DNA of 33,120 bases from a virus (taxonomy: Duplodnaviria > Caudoviricetes): positions 1-33,120 of the IMG/VR virus record IMGVR_UViG_3300012348_000069; one strand, given 5' to 3'. Of this stretch, positions 8,112 to 18,352 are shown one piece after another. Position numbers and translations under genes: made by a program. The notes under the pieces were generated by a model. It was not told the origin of the DNA, made no database searches, and was given only the letters and a program-made list of their open reading frames with translations. Within the stretch, counting starts at the first letter, position 1, and every line of letters begins with the position of its first letter.

Positions 8112-9300
8112 CAAATACAATCTATTAGGTTCAGATAGTAGGTACTTTGTAATAACAGGCGGAAGGGGTTCAGGGAAATCATATTCTTTGAACTCGTTTC
8201 TGCTATTGTTAACTTATGAAGTAGGACACGTTATACTATTTACACGTTACACTTTGACATCTGCAAATGTGTCTATCATTCCGGAGTTTATTGATAAGAT
8301 AGAATCAGCTGATTTAAGCAACGATTTTTATATTACCAAAGATGAAATAGTAAATCTTAAAACAAGCTCTAAAATCATCTTTAAAGGTATTAAAACGAGT
8401 AGTGGAACACAGACTGCATCACTTAAATCTTTGGCAGGTGTAACTACTTGGGTATTGGATGAAGCTGAAGAACTAACAGATGAAGAAGTATTTGAAAAGA
8501 TTGACTTCAGTATTAGAACTAAAGGTGTACAGAATAGAGTGCTACTTGTATTGAATCCTGCAACAAAAGAACACTTCATATATAAGAAGTTCTTTGAAGA
8601 CAAAGGAATTCAAGCAGGAAGCAATTTAGTAAAAGGTGATACTACTTACATTCATACAACATATTTAGATAACATAGAAAACCTATCAGAATCTTTTATT
8701 AGTCAAATAGAAAATATAAAACAAAGAAGACCTGAAAAGTACAAGCATCAAATTCTTGGTGGATGGTTAGATAAAGCTGAAGGTGTAATATTTAACAATT
8801 GGACGATAGGAGAATATAAGCAAGTAGGTAAAAGTATATTCGGTCAGGATTTTGGTTTTAGTAATGACCCTACAACGTTAGTAGAATGCAATATAGATAG
8901 TGCTAATAAGAAGATATACATTAACGAAAGGTTTTCTTTACCTGCATTAACTACATCGCAGATATACCAATTAAACAAGCAACACTGTTTAGATAGTTTG
9001 ATAGTAGCAGATTCTGCTGAACCAAGATTGATTTCAGAACTACAAGCTGCAGGATTAAATATAGTACCTGCTATAAAAGGTCAAGGTTCTGTTACTTATG
9101 GAATAGCTTTGCTACAAGATTATGATTTGATAGTTACACCTGAATCAATTAATTTAATCAAGGAATTGAATAACTACTGTTGGTTGGAAAAGAAATCTAA
9201 TACACCTATAGACGCACATAATCACTTGTTAGATGCATTAAGGTATTCAGTTAGTTATCAATTAGAGAATCCAAACAAAGGAACATATTACGTTTACTAA
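8095..9300 (+). CDS. terL: Terminase large subunit (PBSX/SPP1-like)
   Basis: GGRGSGKS Walker A, LDEAEE, LNP, GQDFGFSNDPT, ADSAEP, HLLDALRY; TTG start. Confidence 0.95.
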   Translation: MISLNNKYNLLGSDSRYFVITGGRGSGKSYSLNSFLLLLTYEVGHVILFTRYTLTSANVSIIPEFIDKIESADLSNDFYITKDEIVNLKTSSKIIFKGIKTSSGTQTASLKSLAGVTTWVLDEAEELTDEEVFEKIDFSIRTKGVQNRVLLVLNPATKEHFIYKKFFEDKGIQAGSNLVKGDTTYIHTTYLDNIENLSESFISQIENIKQRRPEKYKHQILGGWLDKAEGVIFNNWTIGEYKQVGKSIFGQDFGFSNDPTTLVECNIDSANKKIYINERFSLPALTTSQIYQLNKQHCLDSLIVADSAEPRLISELQAAGLNIVPAIKGQGSVTYGIALLQDYDLIVTPESINLIKELNNYCWLEKKSNTPIDAHNHLLDALRYSVSYQLENPNKGTYYVY

Positions 9301-9450
9301 ATGAGTTACGGGGAAATAATAGCTACTATACAATGCTACATTCATCACATCAAAGGTATTGAAGTAGTAATTAACTTACCAAGAAACATTGGTGAGATTA
9401 AAAAGATGCAAAAGATGTATCAAGTAGCACAAGAGTATTTAAGGGTATAG
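9301..9450 (+). CDS. Small hypothetical protein (49 aa, not in ORF track)
   Basis: MSYGEIIATIQCYIHHIKG...YLRV*, starts immediately after the terL stop. Confidence 0.6.
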   Translation: MSYGEIIATIQCYIHHIKGIEVVINLPRNIGEIKKMQKMYQVAQEYLRV

Positions 9451-9494
9451 CATTAAAAAATAATTTTATTTTAAGGTTATATAATTAAATTTTA

Positions 9495-9502
9495 TATATT
9501 TG
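9495..9502 (+). promoter_or_regulatory. Bacteroidota -7 promoter box
   Basis: TATATTTG. Confidence 0.6.
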
Positions 9503-9526
9503 CCTTAACATTAAACAAATATAACT

Positions 9527-9649
9527 ATGGAATGGTATGATTTTTTAAATCCAAATGAGCAACCTGAATACATTTGCTCTTATTGTGGGAATCCTTCAGA
9601 AAAAGCACATTGCTCAAAAGAATGTGAGAAAGCTGAAGCAGAAGATTAA
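9527..9649 (+). CDS. 40-aa zinc-finger microprotein (not in ORF track)
   Basis: MEWYDFLNPNEQPEYICSYCGNPSEKAHCSKECEKAEAED*; CxxC-x8-CSxxC. Confidence 0.7.
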   Translation: MEWYDFLNPNEQPEYICSYCGNPSEKAHCSKECEKAEAED

Positions 9650-9671
9650 GTTTTAAATATGTTGGTTAATT

Positions 9672-9698
9672 AGGCGGTCAGAAATGGCTGCCTTTTTT
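9672..9698 (+). terminator. Intrinsic terminator
   Basis: aggcggtca-GAAA-tggctgcct plus T tract. Confidence 0.85.
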
Positions 9699-9749
9699 GT
9701 GTTTAATACAATAATAGAAAATGTTTATTTATAACTAAAACAAATACGA

Positions 9750-10427
9750 ATGAAAATAGAATTAACAATTCCAACAACGCTAAACGATATTAAACTTGCA
9801 CAGTATCAAAAGTTTTTATCAATAGCAAAAGACAATGAAGAAAGCGAATTCTTGCAACAGAAGATGGTGCAATTATTTTGTGGTATAGATTTAAAAGATG
9901 TAGCTTCTATTAGATATAAAGATGTAGCTGAAATAACTGCAAACATTAATAATCTATTCACAAAGGAGAATCACTTTATACAACGCTTTAAAATGGGTGG
10001 TGTAGAGTTTGGATTCATACCTAACCTTGACGAAATGTCTACGGGTGAGTATATGGATTTAGATACATACATTACTGATTGGGATACAATGCATAATGCA
10101 ATGGCAGTATTATATAGACCGATTACAAATAAGTTAGGCAACAAATATCAGATAGAAGAATACAAAGGTTCTGTGACGTATGCTGATGTAATGCGACACG
10201 CTCCATTAGATGTAGTTTTAGGTGCTATGGTTTTTTTTTACAATTTAGGGAACGACTTATTGAAAAGTACGATAAACTATTTGGAGGGGAATCAGGAAGT
10301 GCAGAATATTCTGACCAAGCACAATTTGGAAAACGTTGGGGATGGTATTCAAGTATCTATGCTCTTGCTCAAGGAAACGTTAGAAGATTTGATGAAGTTT
10401 CCAAGTTACCAATCACACAAAGTTTAA
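9750..10427 (+). CDS. Putative tail assembly chaperone (0-frame product)
   Basis: 225-aa ORF containing a G-T9 slippery run at 10230-10239. Confidence 0.6.
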   Translation: MKIELTIPTTLNDIKLAQYQKFLSIAKDNEESEFLQQKMVQLFCGIDLKDVASIRYKDVAEITANINNLFTKENHFIQRFKMGGVEFGFIPNLDEMSTGEYMDLDTYITDWDTMHNAMAVLYRPITNKLGNKYQIEEYKGSVTYADVMRHAPLDVVLGAMVFFYNLGNDLLKSTINYLEGNQEVQNILTKHNLENVGDGIQVSMLLLKETLEDLMKFPSYQSHKV

Positions 10428-10492
10428 CTTGGCTAACATTTGAAAAAGAGAAAACAGAAATAGAAATGAAACTAATAAATAATAATAAATAA
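10238..10492 (+). CDS. -1 frameshift extension of 9750 gene (GT-like product)
   Basis: 84 open codons (LQFRERLIEKYDKLF...FGKRWGWYSSIYALAQG...TWLTFEKEK...NNNK*); stop overlaps next ATG as TAATG. Confidence 0.75.
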   Translation, partial: LQFRERLIEKYDKLFGGESGSAEYSDQAQFGKRWGWYSSIYALAQGNVRRFDEVSKLPITQSLTWLTFEKEKTEIEMKLINNNK

Positions 10493-10950
10493 TGAAAGGA
10501 TTTTACGAAATAAGCCAAGCAATTAAAAACCAACTGGATGATGATGCTTTTGTAAATACTGTTACCATTGGTGATATATTCAAGATTGATTTAAACAAGC
10601 AGACTATATTCCCTTTGTCGCATATAATGATTAATTCAGCTAACTATAACGGAAAGACTTTTAACTACAACGTTTCTGTATTGTGTATGGATATCGTAGA
10701 TGAATCAAAAGAAGCTACTACTGATTTATTTAGAGGTAATGACAACGAGCAAGATGTATTGCATACACAAGAAATGGTTGCAAGAAGACTGCTTGAAATG
10801 TTAAATAGAGGTGATTTATATGATGATGGTTTTCAATTAACTAACAATTCAGCTAACATTGAATACTTTGTAGACAGATTTGAAAACAAGATTGCAGGTG
10901 TTACAATCAGCTTTGATGTAATGACTTTTAATGATATGACTATTTGCTAA
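10492..10950 (+). CDS. Putative tail terminator/completion protein
   Basis: 152 aa, FPLSHI, VDRFENKIAG; located in tail module. Confidence 0.5.
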   Translation: MKGFYEISQAIKNQLDDDAFVNTVTIGDIFKIDLNKQTIFPLSHIMINSANYNGKTFNYNVSVLCMDIVDESKEATTDLFRGNDNEQDVLHTQEMVARRLLEMLNRGDLYDDGFQLTNNSANIEYFVDRFENKIAGVTISFDVMTFNDMTIC

Positions 10951-11493
10951 ATGGCTAACGAATTACAAAATGTAAACGATGTATTAAAACGCTTTAGGGA
11001 TTATGTGATTCAACAATCAAGAAGTAATCTTACTAAAGGTGGTAAGAACGTTTCTAAAGAACTATATAATAGTTTGAAAGGTGAAATACTTACCGAAAAT
11101 AACTATTCAGTTGTGGGCTTTTCTATGGCGGAATATGGACAATTCCAAGACCAAGGTGTAAGAGGTAAATCAAGTTCTATGAAAGCTCCAAATAGTCCTT
11201 TTAGATTTGGTAGTGGTACAGGTAAAAAAGGTGGTTTAACTAAATCAATATTACAATGGGTAAAAGCGAAAGGTTTTCAATTCCGCAACAAAGAGAATGG
11301 GAAGTTTATGAGTTACGAGCAGACAGGGTATCTTATTACTCGCTCTATTTTTCACAAAGGAATTAAACCAAGTTTATTCTTCACTAAACCATTTGAAGCA
11401 GGTTACAAGAAATACATAGATACTGATTTAATGAAAGCATTTAGTCAAGATGTAGATACAATAGTAGATTATAATTTAACAAATACAAAATGA
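10951..11493 (+). CDS. Putative neck/tail completion protein (HK97 gp10-like)
   Basis: LYNSL, YGQFQDQGV, KGIKPSLFFTKPF. Confidence 0.55.
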   Translation: MANELQNVNDVLKRFRDYVIQQSRSNLTKGGKNVSKELYNSLKGEILTENNYSVVGFSMAEYGQFQDQGVRGKSSSMKAPNSPFRFGSGTGKKGGLTKSILQWVKAKGFQFRNKENGKFMSYEQTGYLITRSIFHKGIKPSLFFTKPFEAGYKKYIDTDLMKAFSQDVDTIVDYNLTNTK

Positions 11494-12548
11494 TAATATA
11501 TTCAAGAAGTCCTTACTTCATAACAGTAAATGAATCAGGTCAAGTTGGTTCTAAAATAGAGTTAAGAATTTGGAATGGTACAGGTTCAGCACCAACACCT
11601 GCAACTTACACATTCAGTAAATCAATTGCTTCGGTTACTCAAACTGAAAACGTTTACAATATTAGTCCATTCGTAAAAGAATACATTGATAATGTAGCAC
11701 CTATATATGCTGCGGGAGAAACAGATTCTACTACAATGTGGGCAAACGTGCAAGTGAAAAGATATAAAGAAACTTCAATAGGTTCTTACACTTTAATAGA
11801 CACAGTTATTTATTTAGGCACAAATGGATATACTGCTTTTACTGATGGGTACAATTACACCAATGCGTCAAATACTTTTATGCTATTATCAGATAATGCT
11901 AAAGAAGTTAAATACGACATTAACAAATCTATTCCGTATGTTAACGTATTAATCAATCCTGAAAGTGGTGATGTTATAACTGCAACCTATAAAGACTTAA
12001 GAGGTAGAAATGAAGTAGTAGTTAACTATACAGAAACTAAAGGAATGTTAAAGATTCCATTATCAACTACAAGCGTTAAATACAACAAAGGAAATACACT
12101 TACAATAGCATATAATGAAACTACTTTTGTGTATAGAGTTACGCCAATATGTGAACCTAAATATTCACCTGTAATTTGTTCTTATATTAATCGTTTTGGT
12201 GGATGGCAATTCTTAACGTTTTTTAAGACTAAAATAGAAAACATAAATGTTAAAGGTAGTAGTTCTAACTTATTACAAGACGCAATTAATTATAACGTAT
12301 CTAAAGGGCAAACTAAATCATTTAATATAAACGGAAAGAAGTCTATCAAATTAAGTTCAGGGTTTGTTCCTGAAAACTATTCGGATTTAATCCAAGATTT
12401 ACTATTAAGTGAAACTGTTTTATTAGATGGTTTACCTGTAGAAGTTAAAACACAAGGTACTACATTAAAAACTTCATTGATAGATAGAAATATCAATTAT
12501 GAAATAGAATTTGATTATGCATTTAACTTAATTAATAACGTAATTTAA
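11490..12548 (+). CDS. Tail tip/baseplate structural protein
   Basis: 352 aa beta-rich, YINRFGGWQF motif; context. Confidence 0.55.
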   Translation: MIIYSRSPYFITVNESGQVGSKIELRIWNGTGSAPTPATYTFSKSIASVTQTENVYNISPFVKEYIDNVAPIYAAGETDSTTMWANVQVKRYKETSIGSYTLIDTVIYLGTNGYTAFTDGYNYTNASNTFMLLSDNAKEVKYDINKSIPYVNVLINPESGDVITATYKDLRGRNEVVVNYTETKGMLKIPLSTTSVKYNKGNTLTIAYNETTFVYRVTPICEPKYSPVICSYINRFGGWQFLTFFKTKIENINVKGSSSNLLQDAINYNVSKGQTKSFNINGKKSIKLSSGFVPENYSDLIQDLLLSETVLLDGLPVEVKTQGTTLKTSLIDRNINYEIEFDYAFNLINNVI

Positions 12549-14503
12549 TGGTATCAGTAGGATTATATATTTACATAGACAATGTAGCAAGAAGGGTTGA
12601 ATTATTTGATGATGAAAAGATTTCTATTACATCTTCAGTTCAAGACATTTCTGACATTTCAAAAGTAAGAACTGACTTTAGTCAATCTTTCACTGTACCC
12701 GCATCTGAAAATAACAATAAAATATTTAGCCATTGGTACAATAATTCTGTAGATAATGGTTACGATGCAAGAAAAAGGAAAGATGCTTATATTGAATTAG
12801 ATACTATACCATTTAGAAAAGGTAAGATACAATTAGAAAAGGCAACTGTTAAAGATAGCAGGCCTGAAAATTATACGCTTACTTTTTACGGTTCATTGGT
12901 TTCATTAAAGGATACTTTTGCGGGTAAGAAATTATTTGATTTAGACTTTTCAGATTACAATATAGACTATAGTGGAGCGGATGTAGTTAGTAGAGTTTCA
13001 GGTGGTGTAACTAATGATGTTAAATTCCCTTTGATTAGTTCAAATCGAGTTTGGCAAAGTACAGGAACTACTGATAATATAACACTATCAGCTTGGGCAA
13101 TAGACACAACTGAATTATTTCCTGCATTACGTTTGCCTAAAGTATTTAATGCTATTGAAGATTACTATAACATTACATTTGAAGGTGATTTTTTAACTGA
13201 TGCAAGATTTACAAATGCTTTTTTATATTTAAAGAATGCTGAAAAGTTTATAACTAAAAGTGGTTTAAATAGAATCAATTTTAATAGTGCAGCAGATTTC
13301 CCTGTTAATGGTTGGGAATTTAGCGTTTCTTCTGACGTGTTAGGATATACTACACCCGCATCATTCAGACAATCGTTTGTAAGGTTAGATGTTACTGCTA
13401 CAGTAGCAAACATTAACTATAGTGTTTTAGTGTATAAGAATGGCTCTTTATACGTTACAGTACCTTGTGCTGACCCATCAAATACAACTAACACATTTGA
13501 CTTAATTAGTTATACAACAAATACACCTGAAAATATAGGTACATATCAATTTTATATTCAGTCTGAAAATGTATTAACGTTTACTTCTGAATTAACAGTT
13601 GATGTAATATCTTACGCACCTGCAACTGCTACACAAAGTACACCGCAATCAACAAGTGCTGTATTGAATTTAGGTTCTTATATGCCTGATATGAAAGTAG
13701 AAGATTTCTTTAGTGGTATTTTAAAGATGTTTAACTTGACTTGTTTAAGTTATGAAGAAAACATTTACCAAATACAAGAATTAGAATCTTGGTATGCTGA
13801 TGGTTCTATTACAGACATTTCACAATACGTTATTAGTGATGATTTAAATATTGAAAGGTTGCAATCTTTTAAGAAGATTAATTTTAAATACGAAAAATCA
13901 GAATCATTTATGAACGTAGCATTTGCTTCTAATAATGGTGTTGAATATGGTAACTTATTAGCAGATATAGATTCAGATGGTGGAGAATACAATGTATCAC
14001 TTCCTTTTGAAGATATGTTATTTAACAAATTTACAGGGCAGAATTTACAAGTAGGATTTGCGTTGAAGCAGGATTTTAAAAACTATCAACCTAAGCCGAT
14101 GATATTATATGATTATGGAACTTTACAAACTTGTAATTTCTATATGAAGTATGGTGTTACTACAACAAACGTAACTAACTATAATGCTTTTGGGCAAGAT
14201 ACTTTAATTGGTTCTACTAACTACAGTTTAAACTTTGGTAATGAAATCAGTTCTTTGTTATTAACACCAATTGAAAATAGTTTATATAACGTATATTATT
14301 ATAATTATTTATCTAATATATATAATCTTAAAACAAGAAGATATAGCTTGAAGGCAATGTTTCCTATTAGCTTACTTACTAAATTAAGATTGAACGATAG
14401 AGTTATAATACGTGACACAAGATATTTGATTGATAATATGCAAATAGATTTAACTTCAGGCGAAGTAAACTTAAGTTTAATAAATGACTTTAGAACTTTA
14501 TGA
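12548..14503 (+). CDS. Tail tip/hub protein
   Basis: 651 aa, FSQSFTVPAS..NNKIF, FFSGILKMFNL; context. Confidence 0.6.
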   Translation: MVSVGLYIYIDNVARRVELFDDEKISITSSVQDISDISKVRTDFSQSFTVPASENNNKIFSHWYNNSVDNGYDARKRKDAYIELDTIPFRKGKIQLEKATVKDSRPENYTLTFYGSLVSLKDTFAGKKLFDLDFSDYNIDYSGADVVSRVSGGVTNDVKFPLISSNRVWQSTGTTDNITLSAWAIDTTELFPALRLPKVFNAIEDYYNITFEGDFLTDARFTNAFLYLKNAEKFITKSGLNRINFNSAADFPVNGWEFSVSSDVLGYTTPASFRQSFVRLDVTATVANINYSVLVYKNGSLYVTVPCADPSNTTNTFDLISYTTNTPENIGTYQFYIQSENVLTFTSELTVDVISYAPATATQSTPQSTSAVLNLGSYMPDMKVEDFFSGILKMFNLTCLSYEENIYQIQELESWYADGSITDISQYVISDDLNIERLQSFKKINFKYEKSESFMNVAFASNNGVEYGNLLADIDSDGGEYNVSLPFEDMLFNKFTGQNLQVGFALKQDFKNYQPKPMILYDYGTLQTCNFYMKYGVTTTNVTNYNAFGQDTLIGSTNYSLNFGNEISSLLLTPIENSLYNVYYYNYLSNIYNLKTRRYSLKAMFPISLLTKLRLNDRVIIRDTRYLIDNMQIDLTSGEVNLSLINDFRTL

Positions 14504-14652
14504 TAAAAGAAATATTGAATCTGTTAATGTTAGATAGCCATTACGGACAAAGCGAAACGATAGAAATAGCCAAAGGCAAATATGAATTGCCTAATAGTTG
14601 GGGAAAAGGATTTAATCAAATAAAAAGAATAATTAAATGGCAAAGACAGTAG
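14500..14652 (+). CDS. Small hypothetical protein (50 aa, not in ORF track)
   Basis: MIKEILNLL...IEIAKGKYELP...WQRQ*; overlaps both neighbours. Confidence 0.6.
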   Translation: MIKEILNLLMLDSHYGQSETIEIAKGKYELPNSWGKGFNQIKRIIKWQRQ

Positions 14653-16205
14653 AAGTAGATTTACAGGTAAAGTCAAACATACAAGGCTCTATTAGTGAAT
14701 TAAAAGCGTTAAAAAGACAATTAAAAGATACTGCTGCAGGTAGTGCTGAATTTAAAGCGTTATATAATCAAATTGATGATTTAGAAGATAAAATTAAATC
14801 GTCTAAAAATGCATCTTCTGATTGGATTGATAGTTTAGAACAAGCAGGAGGACCAATTGGTGCATTAGGGGCCTCTTTAAATAGAGCAAAAGTAGCTACA
14901 CAATCATTTGGCGGAGCATTAAAAGCTACGGGTATAGGTCTAATTGTGTCTTTAGTTGCGGGTTTAGCAGCAGCATTTAATGATAATGAGAAAGCACAAA
15001 AGAAACTACAACCACTATTAACAAGTTTACAAAAAATATTTCAAGGCGTTTACTCAGTTGTAGAGCCTTTATTTTTCACATTAGTAGATTTAGCTACAAA
15101 AGCATTACCTTATGTTAGTGATGCGTTTAAAGTGGTTTATTCAAGTGTTACTGCAGTATTCCAATCTTTAGGTAAATTAGGTTCCGCAGTTAGCAAATTG
15201 ATTTCAGGTGATTTTAAAGGCGCTTGGAATGATGCCAAAAGTTCTGTAACAAGTTTTAGTAAAAACTTTAATGACGCAAAAAATAGATATGAAAAAGGTA
15301 GCAACGAATTAACTAAAACAGAAAAAGAAAATGCTTCTAAAAGAGCTGAAGCATTAGAGAAAGAGAATGAAAAGAAAAAAGCTGCAGAAGAGAAAAGATT
15401 AGAGGCAGTAAAAGAGCACAATAAAAAACTAAAAGAAGAAAGAGAGAAAGCAGCTCAAGAAGAAAGAGATTTTTTTATTGGGATTGATAATGTACAAAGA
15501 GAGCAAAGAGTTGCTGCTGCATTACAAAAAGCTGAAGATGACGCAAAAGTTTTGTCCGATGCTACAGCAGTTGCAGATGCTTTAAACGCTGCGCAAGAGG
15601 AAAAAGAAAATAAGGCTTTAGAGAAAAAGAAAAAAGCGGCTGAGGATGAAGTTGCATTTCAAAAAGCAAAAGATGAAGCTATTGCAAACTCAAAAGCAAA
15701 CTTAAACAACATAATAGCAGGTTTAGAAGCGTCAGGCATAGCTAAAACAAAAGCAGGTCAAATTATATCTAAAGCTATTGCGTTAACTCAAATCGGTATT
15801 GATTCTGCTGTTGCTATTTCTAAAGCATCCACATTAGCAAACGCGGAAGGTGTTGCTGCGCAATTAGCTTTCCCATTAGTTCCCGGGGTTGGTACTATTG
15901 CAAGGGTTGTATCTTACGCCTCAACCGCTGCTTCAGTTATTGGAAATATAGCAAGAGCAAGGCAGCTATTATCAAGTGGTAGTGCAGGAGGCGGTAGCAC
16001 TGCTCCAAGCGGTGGAAGTTCTGCTCCATCTCCATCAGCTCCTGCCGCCCCTCAATTTAATGTAGTAGGTACATCAGGACAAAATCAAATAGCACAGACT
16101 TTAGGAAATCAAGCACCTATAAAAGCATTCGTAGTAAGTAACGATGTAACAACTGCACAAAGTTTAGATAGAAATATTGTACAGACTGCAACGTTAGGAG
16201 ATTAA
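14637..16205 (+). CDS. Tape measure protein (short)
   Basis: Ala/Lys-rich helical, ALKATGIGLIV hydrophobic stretch, coiled coil, GS/P linker. Confidence 0.8.
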   Translation: MAKTVEVDLQVKSNIQGSISELKALKRQLKDTAAGSAEFKALYNQIDDLEDKIKSSKNASSDWIDSLEQAGGPIGALGASLNRAKVATQSFGGALKATGIGLIVSLVAGLAAAFNDNEKAQKKLQPLLTSLQKIFQGVYSVVEPLFFTLVDLATKALPYVSDAFKVVYSSVTAVFQSLGKLGSAVSKLISGDFKGAWNDAKSSVTSFSKNFNDAKNRYEKGSNELTKTEKENASKRAEALEKENEKKKAAEEKRLEAVKEHNKKLKEEREKAAQEERDFFIGIDNVQREQRVAAALQKAEDDAKVLSDATAVADALNAAQEEKENKALEKKKKAAEDEVAFQKAKDEAIANSKANLNNIIAGLEASGIAKTKAGQIISKAIALTQIGIDSAVAISKASTLANAEGVAAQLAFPLVPGVGTIARVVSYASTAASVIGNIARARQLLSSGSAGGGSTAPSGGSSAPSPSAPAAPQFNVVGTSGQNQIAQTLGNQAPIKAFVVSNDVTTAQSLDRNIVQTATLGD

Positions 16206-16242
16206 CAAAAATCAAATAATTTAATTTATAAATAAAAATAAA

Positions 16243-16827
16243 ATGCGAATAGTAGAATTAATCATAGACGAAAAAGAAGATTTAAGTGGTGTAGAAGCTA
16301 TTTCTGTTGTAGAATTTCCTGCAATAGAAGAAAACTTTATAGCACTTAATCAACAATTACAACTTGCAAAAGTGGATGATGAAAAACGTATCTTAATGGG
16401 TGCTGCTTTAATTCCAAATAAAAACATTTACAGACGTAATGGTGAAGATGAATATTACATTTTCTTTTCAGATGCAACTGTAAAAAAAGCAAGTGAGTTA
16501 TTCTTAATGAATAGCAACCAAAACAATGCTACATTAGAACACCAAAAAAAGATAAATGATTTGTCTGTAGTTGAGTCTTGGATTGTAGAAGATACTGAAA
16601 TGGATAAATCTAAAAAGTATGGCTTAAATGCACCTGTAGGTTCTTGGATGGTTTCAATGAAAGTAAACAATGATACTATTTGGAATGACTTTGTAAAAAC
16701 AGGTAAGGTAAAAGGTTTTTCTATTGAAGGATATTTTGCAGACAAATTAGAAATGAGTTTGCAAAAACAACAAGAAGAAGAATTGATTGAAAAGATTAAA
16801 CAAATTATTGTAAATCACAATCTATAA
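16243..16827 (+). CDS. Prohead serine protease (XkdF-like)
   Basis: ISVVEFPAIE, ATLEH, VESWI, GSWMVSMKV, GKVKGFSIEG. Confidence 0.85.
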   Translation: MRIVELIIDEKEDLSGVEAISVVEFPAIEENFIALNQQLQLAKVDDEKRILMGAALIPNKNIYRRNGEDEYYIFFSDATVKKASELFLMNSNQNNATLEHQKKINDLSVVESWIVEDTEMDKSKKYGLNAPVGSWMVSMKVNNDTIWNDFVKTGKVKGFSIEGYFADKLEMSLQKQQEEELIEKIKQIIVNHNL

Positions 16828-17447
16828 TGAAAAACACAGCATTCAGGGTTCACGTAGAAGAAGCTTCGCAAAATGAAGTTGACAATGTAAATATTGAACA
16901 AGGTGCTATGCTTGTAACTAATGAATCTTTATTTATGGGATTCAATAACGAACAAGTAAGAGTTTACCCACCACAATCAGATAAAATGGGTTTGGGTTGG
17001 GCAAGATATGATGGAACACAATATACAAGTGCAAGTCCTTATTCATTTACTACTACTGAATTTGTAGTGCCTAACAATAAAGGTAATGTTATAAACACGC
17101 ATATTCATTCAGATATAGATTACTATCACGATAATAAATTATATGCTGAATTTGATGCTGATGTATATGTAGTAACTATTGCTTTTAAAGCAAAAATAGC
17201 TAACGCTAATGGTTACATAGATTTATTTTTAGAAGGTGGAAATGGTACACCATATGATAGAATTCGTGACACTATTACTTTTCCAAAAGGGAATGATGTA
17301 GAACACGTATTTGCAAAAACATTTCAATACTATGCTGATGAAGATGTAGTAACAAATGGATTAGAAGTTAAAATAAAAGCTTCGCACACAGGAAGTATTT
17401 ACGATGTAATTTATTTTATTCAAAGAACACAGAATCACAAATATTAA
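16827..17447 (+). CDS. Putative virion structural protein
   Basis: 206 aa beta-rich, GWARYDG; within head module. Confidence 0.55.
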   Translation: MKNTAFRVHVEEASQNEVDNVNIEQGAMLVTNESLFMGFNNEQVRVYPPQSDKMGLGWARYDGTQYTSASPYSFTTTEFVVPNNKGNVINTHIHSDIDYYHDNKLYAEFDADVYVVTIAFKAKIANANGYIDLFLEGGNGTPYDRIRDTITFPKGNDVEHVFAKTFQYYADEDVVTNGLEVKIKASHTGSIYDVIYFIQRTQNHKY

Positions 17448-17653
17448 TGCTAAATAAACTAATAAAAATTATGGGTAAATCAAGTTCGCCAAAAGGTGGA
17501 AAACGTGGATGTCTTGGAAAAGATGGAAAATATGCAATTGAAAATTGCGATGGAGAATTAGCGAATCAAGGTATTGGTTCAACTGTATCACAAGGTGGTG
17601 CTACTGTAACTGTAGTTGATGGTACTAAAACTATCGTTAGAAGTAACGGTTAA
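17447..17653 (+). CDS. Small conserved phage protein (SPKGG.RGCL...QGIG); start may be 17471
   Basis: Motif and position before terminator. Confidence 0.6.
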   Translation: MLNKLIKIMGKSSSPKGGKRGCLGKDGKYAIENCDGELANQGIGSTVSQGGATVTVVDGTKTIVRSNG

Positions 17654-17659
17654 ATATAT

Positions 17660-17686
17660 AAGGGTAGTTTAATAGCTACCCTTTTT
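17660..17686. terminator. Intrinsic terminator between convergent genes
   Basis: aagggtagt-ttaata-gctaccctt plus T tract. Confidence 0.8.
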
Positions 17687-18263
17687 AATACTTATTTCTT
17701 TTTAAAATGTTATCTACTGCCCATAATGGCTGAAAATTAGTATAATGATTAAGTTGTATAACTTCTTCTTCTGTTGTCGCTAAAGAAATTGGTTTAATGT
17801 GGTCAAGATGCCATTTACCTTGATTATCCCAAGACATACCTTCTGTGAAGTTATTTTCTATGTAGTCTTTAAATTCTTCTATTGTACACCCTAATATGGA
17901 TTCTGATTTAGAATCTTTTCTAAATTGATTATTACCACGTTTAAAAGAATTACTAATTAAACTTCTTGTATTGCAAGTGAACTTAAATAGTGAATCAGTT
18001 TTTTTTCTATTTTTTAAATATTCTCTTGTTTTTTTCTTTATTTTTTCTTTGTTGTTTTCTCTATATTTAGAAAAATACTCTTTATTATTATTTCTATAAT
18101 TAGAACGATAATCCAATAAATTTTCTTTATTATTTACATAATATTTTTTAGCATATTCTCTATTGCAAAGTTTACATTTATATTGCAATCCATCTTTTTT
18201 ATTTTTGTCTTTTGAAAATTCATCAAAAGCTTTTTCAATTTTGCATCTTGTACATTTTTTCAT
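17685..18263 (-). CDS. HNH homing endonuclease (copy 2)
   Basis: CxxC..CxxC plus WHLDHIKP...LNHYTNFQPLWAVDN. Confidence 0.85.
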   Translation of the reverse strand: MKKCTRCKIEKAFDEFSKDKNKKDGLQYKCKLCNREYAKKYYVNNKENLLDYRSNYRNNNKEYFSKYRENNKEKIKKKTREYLKNRKKTDSLFKFTCNTRSLISNSFKRGNNQFRKDSKSESILGCTIEEFKDYIENNFTEGMSWDNQGKWHLDHIKPISLATTEEEVIQLNHYTNFQPLWAVDNILKRNKY

Positions 18264-18267
18264 AACT

Positions 18268-18289
18268 CAAAATTATAACAACAAATATA
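18268..18289 (-). promoter_or_regulatory. Minus-strand -7 boxes for HNH copy 2
   Basis: Reverse complement has TATATTTG and TAATTTTG, the latter 4 nt before the ATG. Confidence 0.5.
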
Positions 18290-18352
18290 ATTAATTTATA
18301 ACAAACTTTTTTTATTTTATTATAAAGATATTAATATTAATATAAAAATAAT

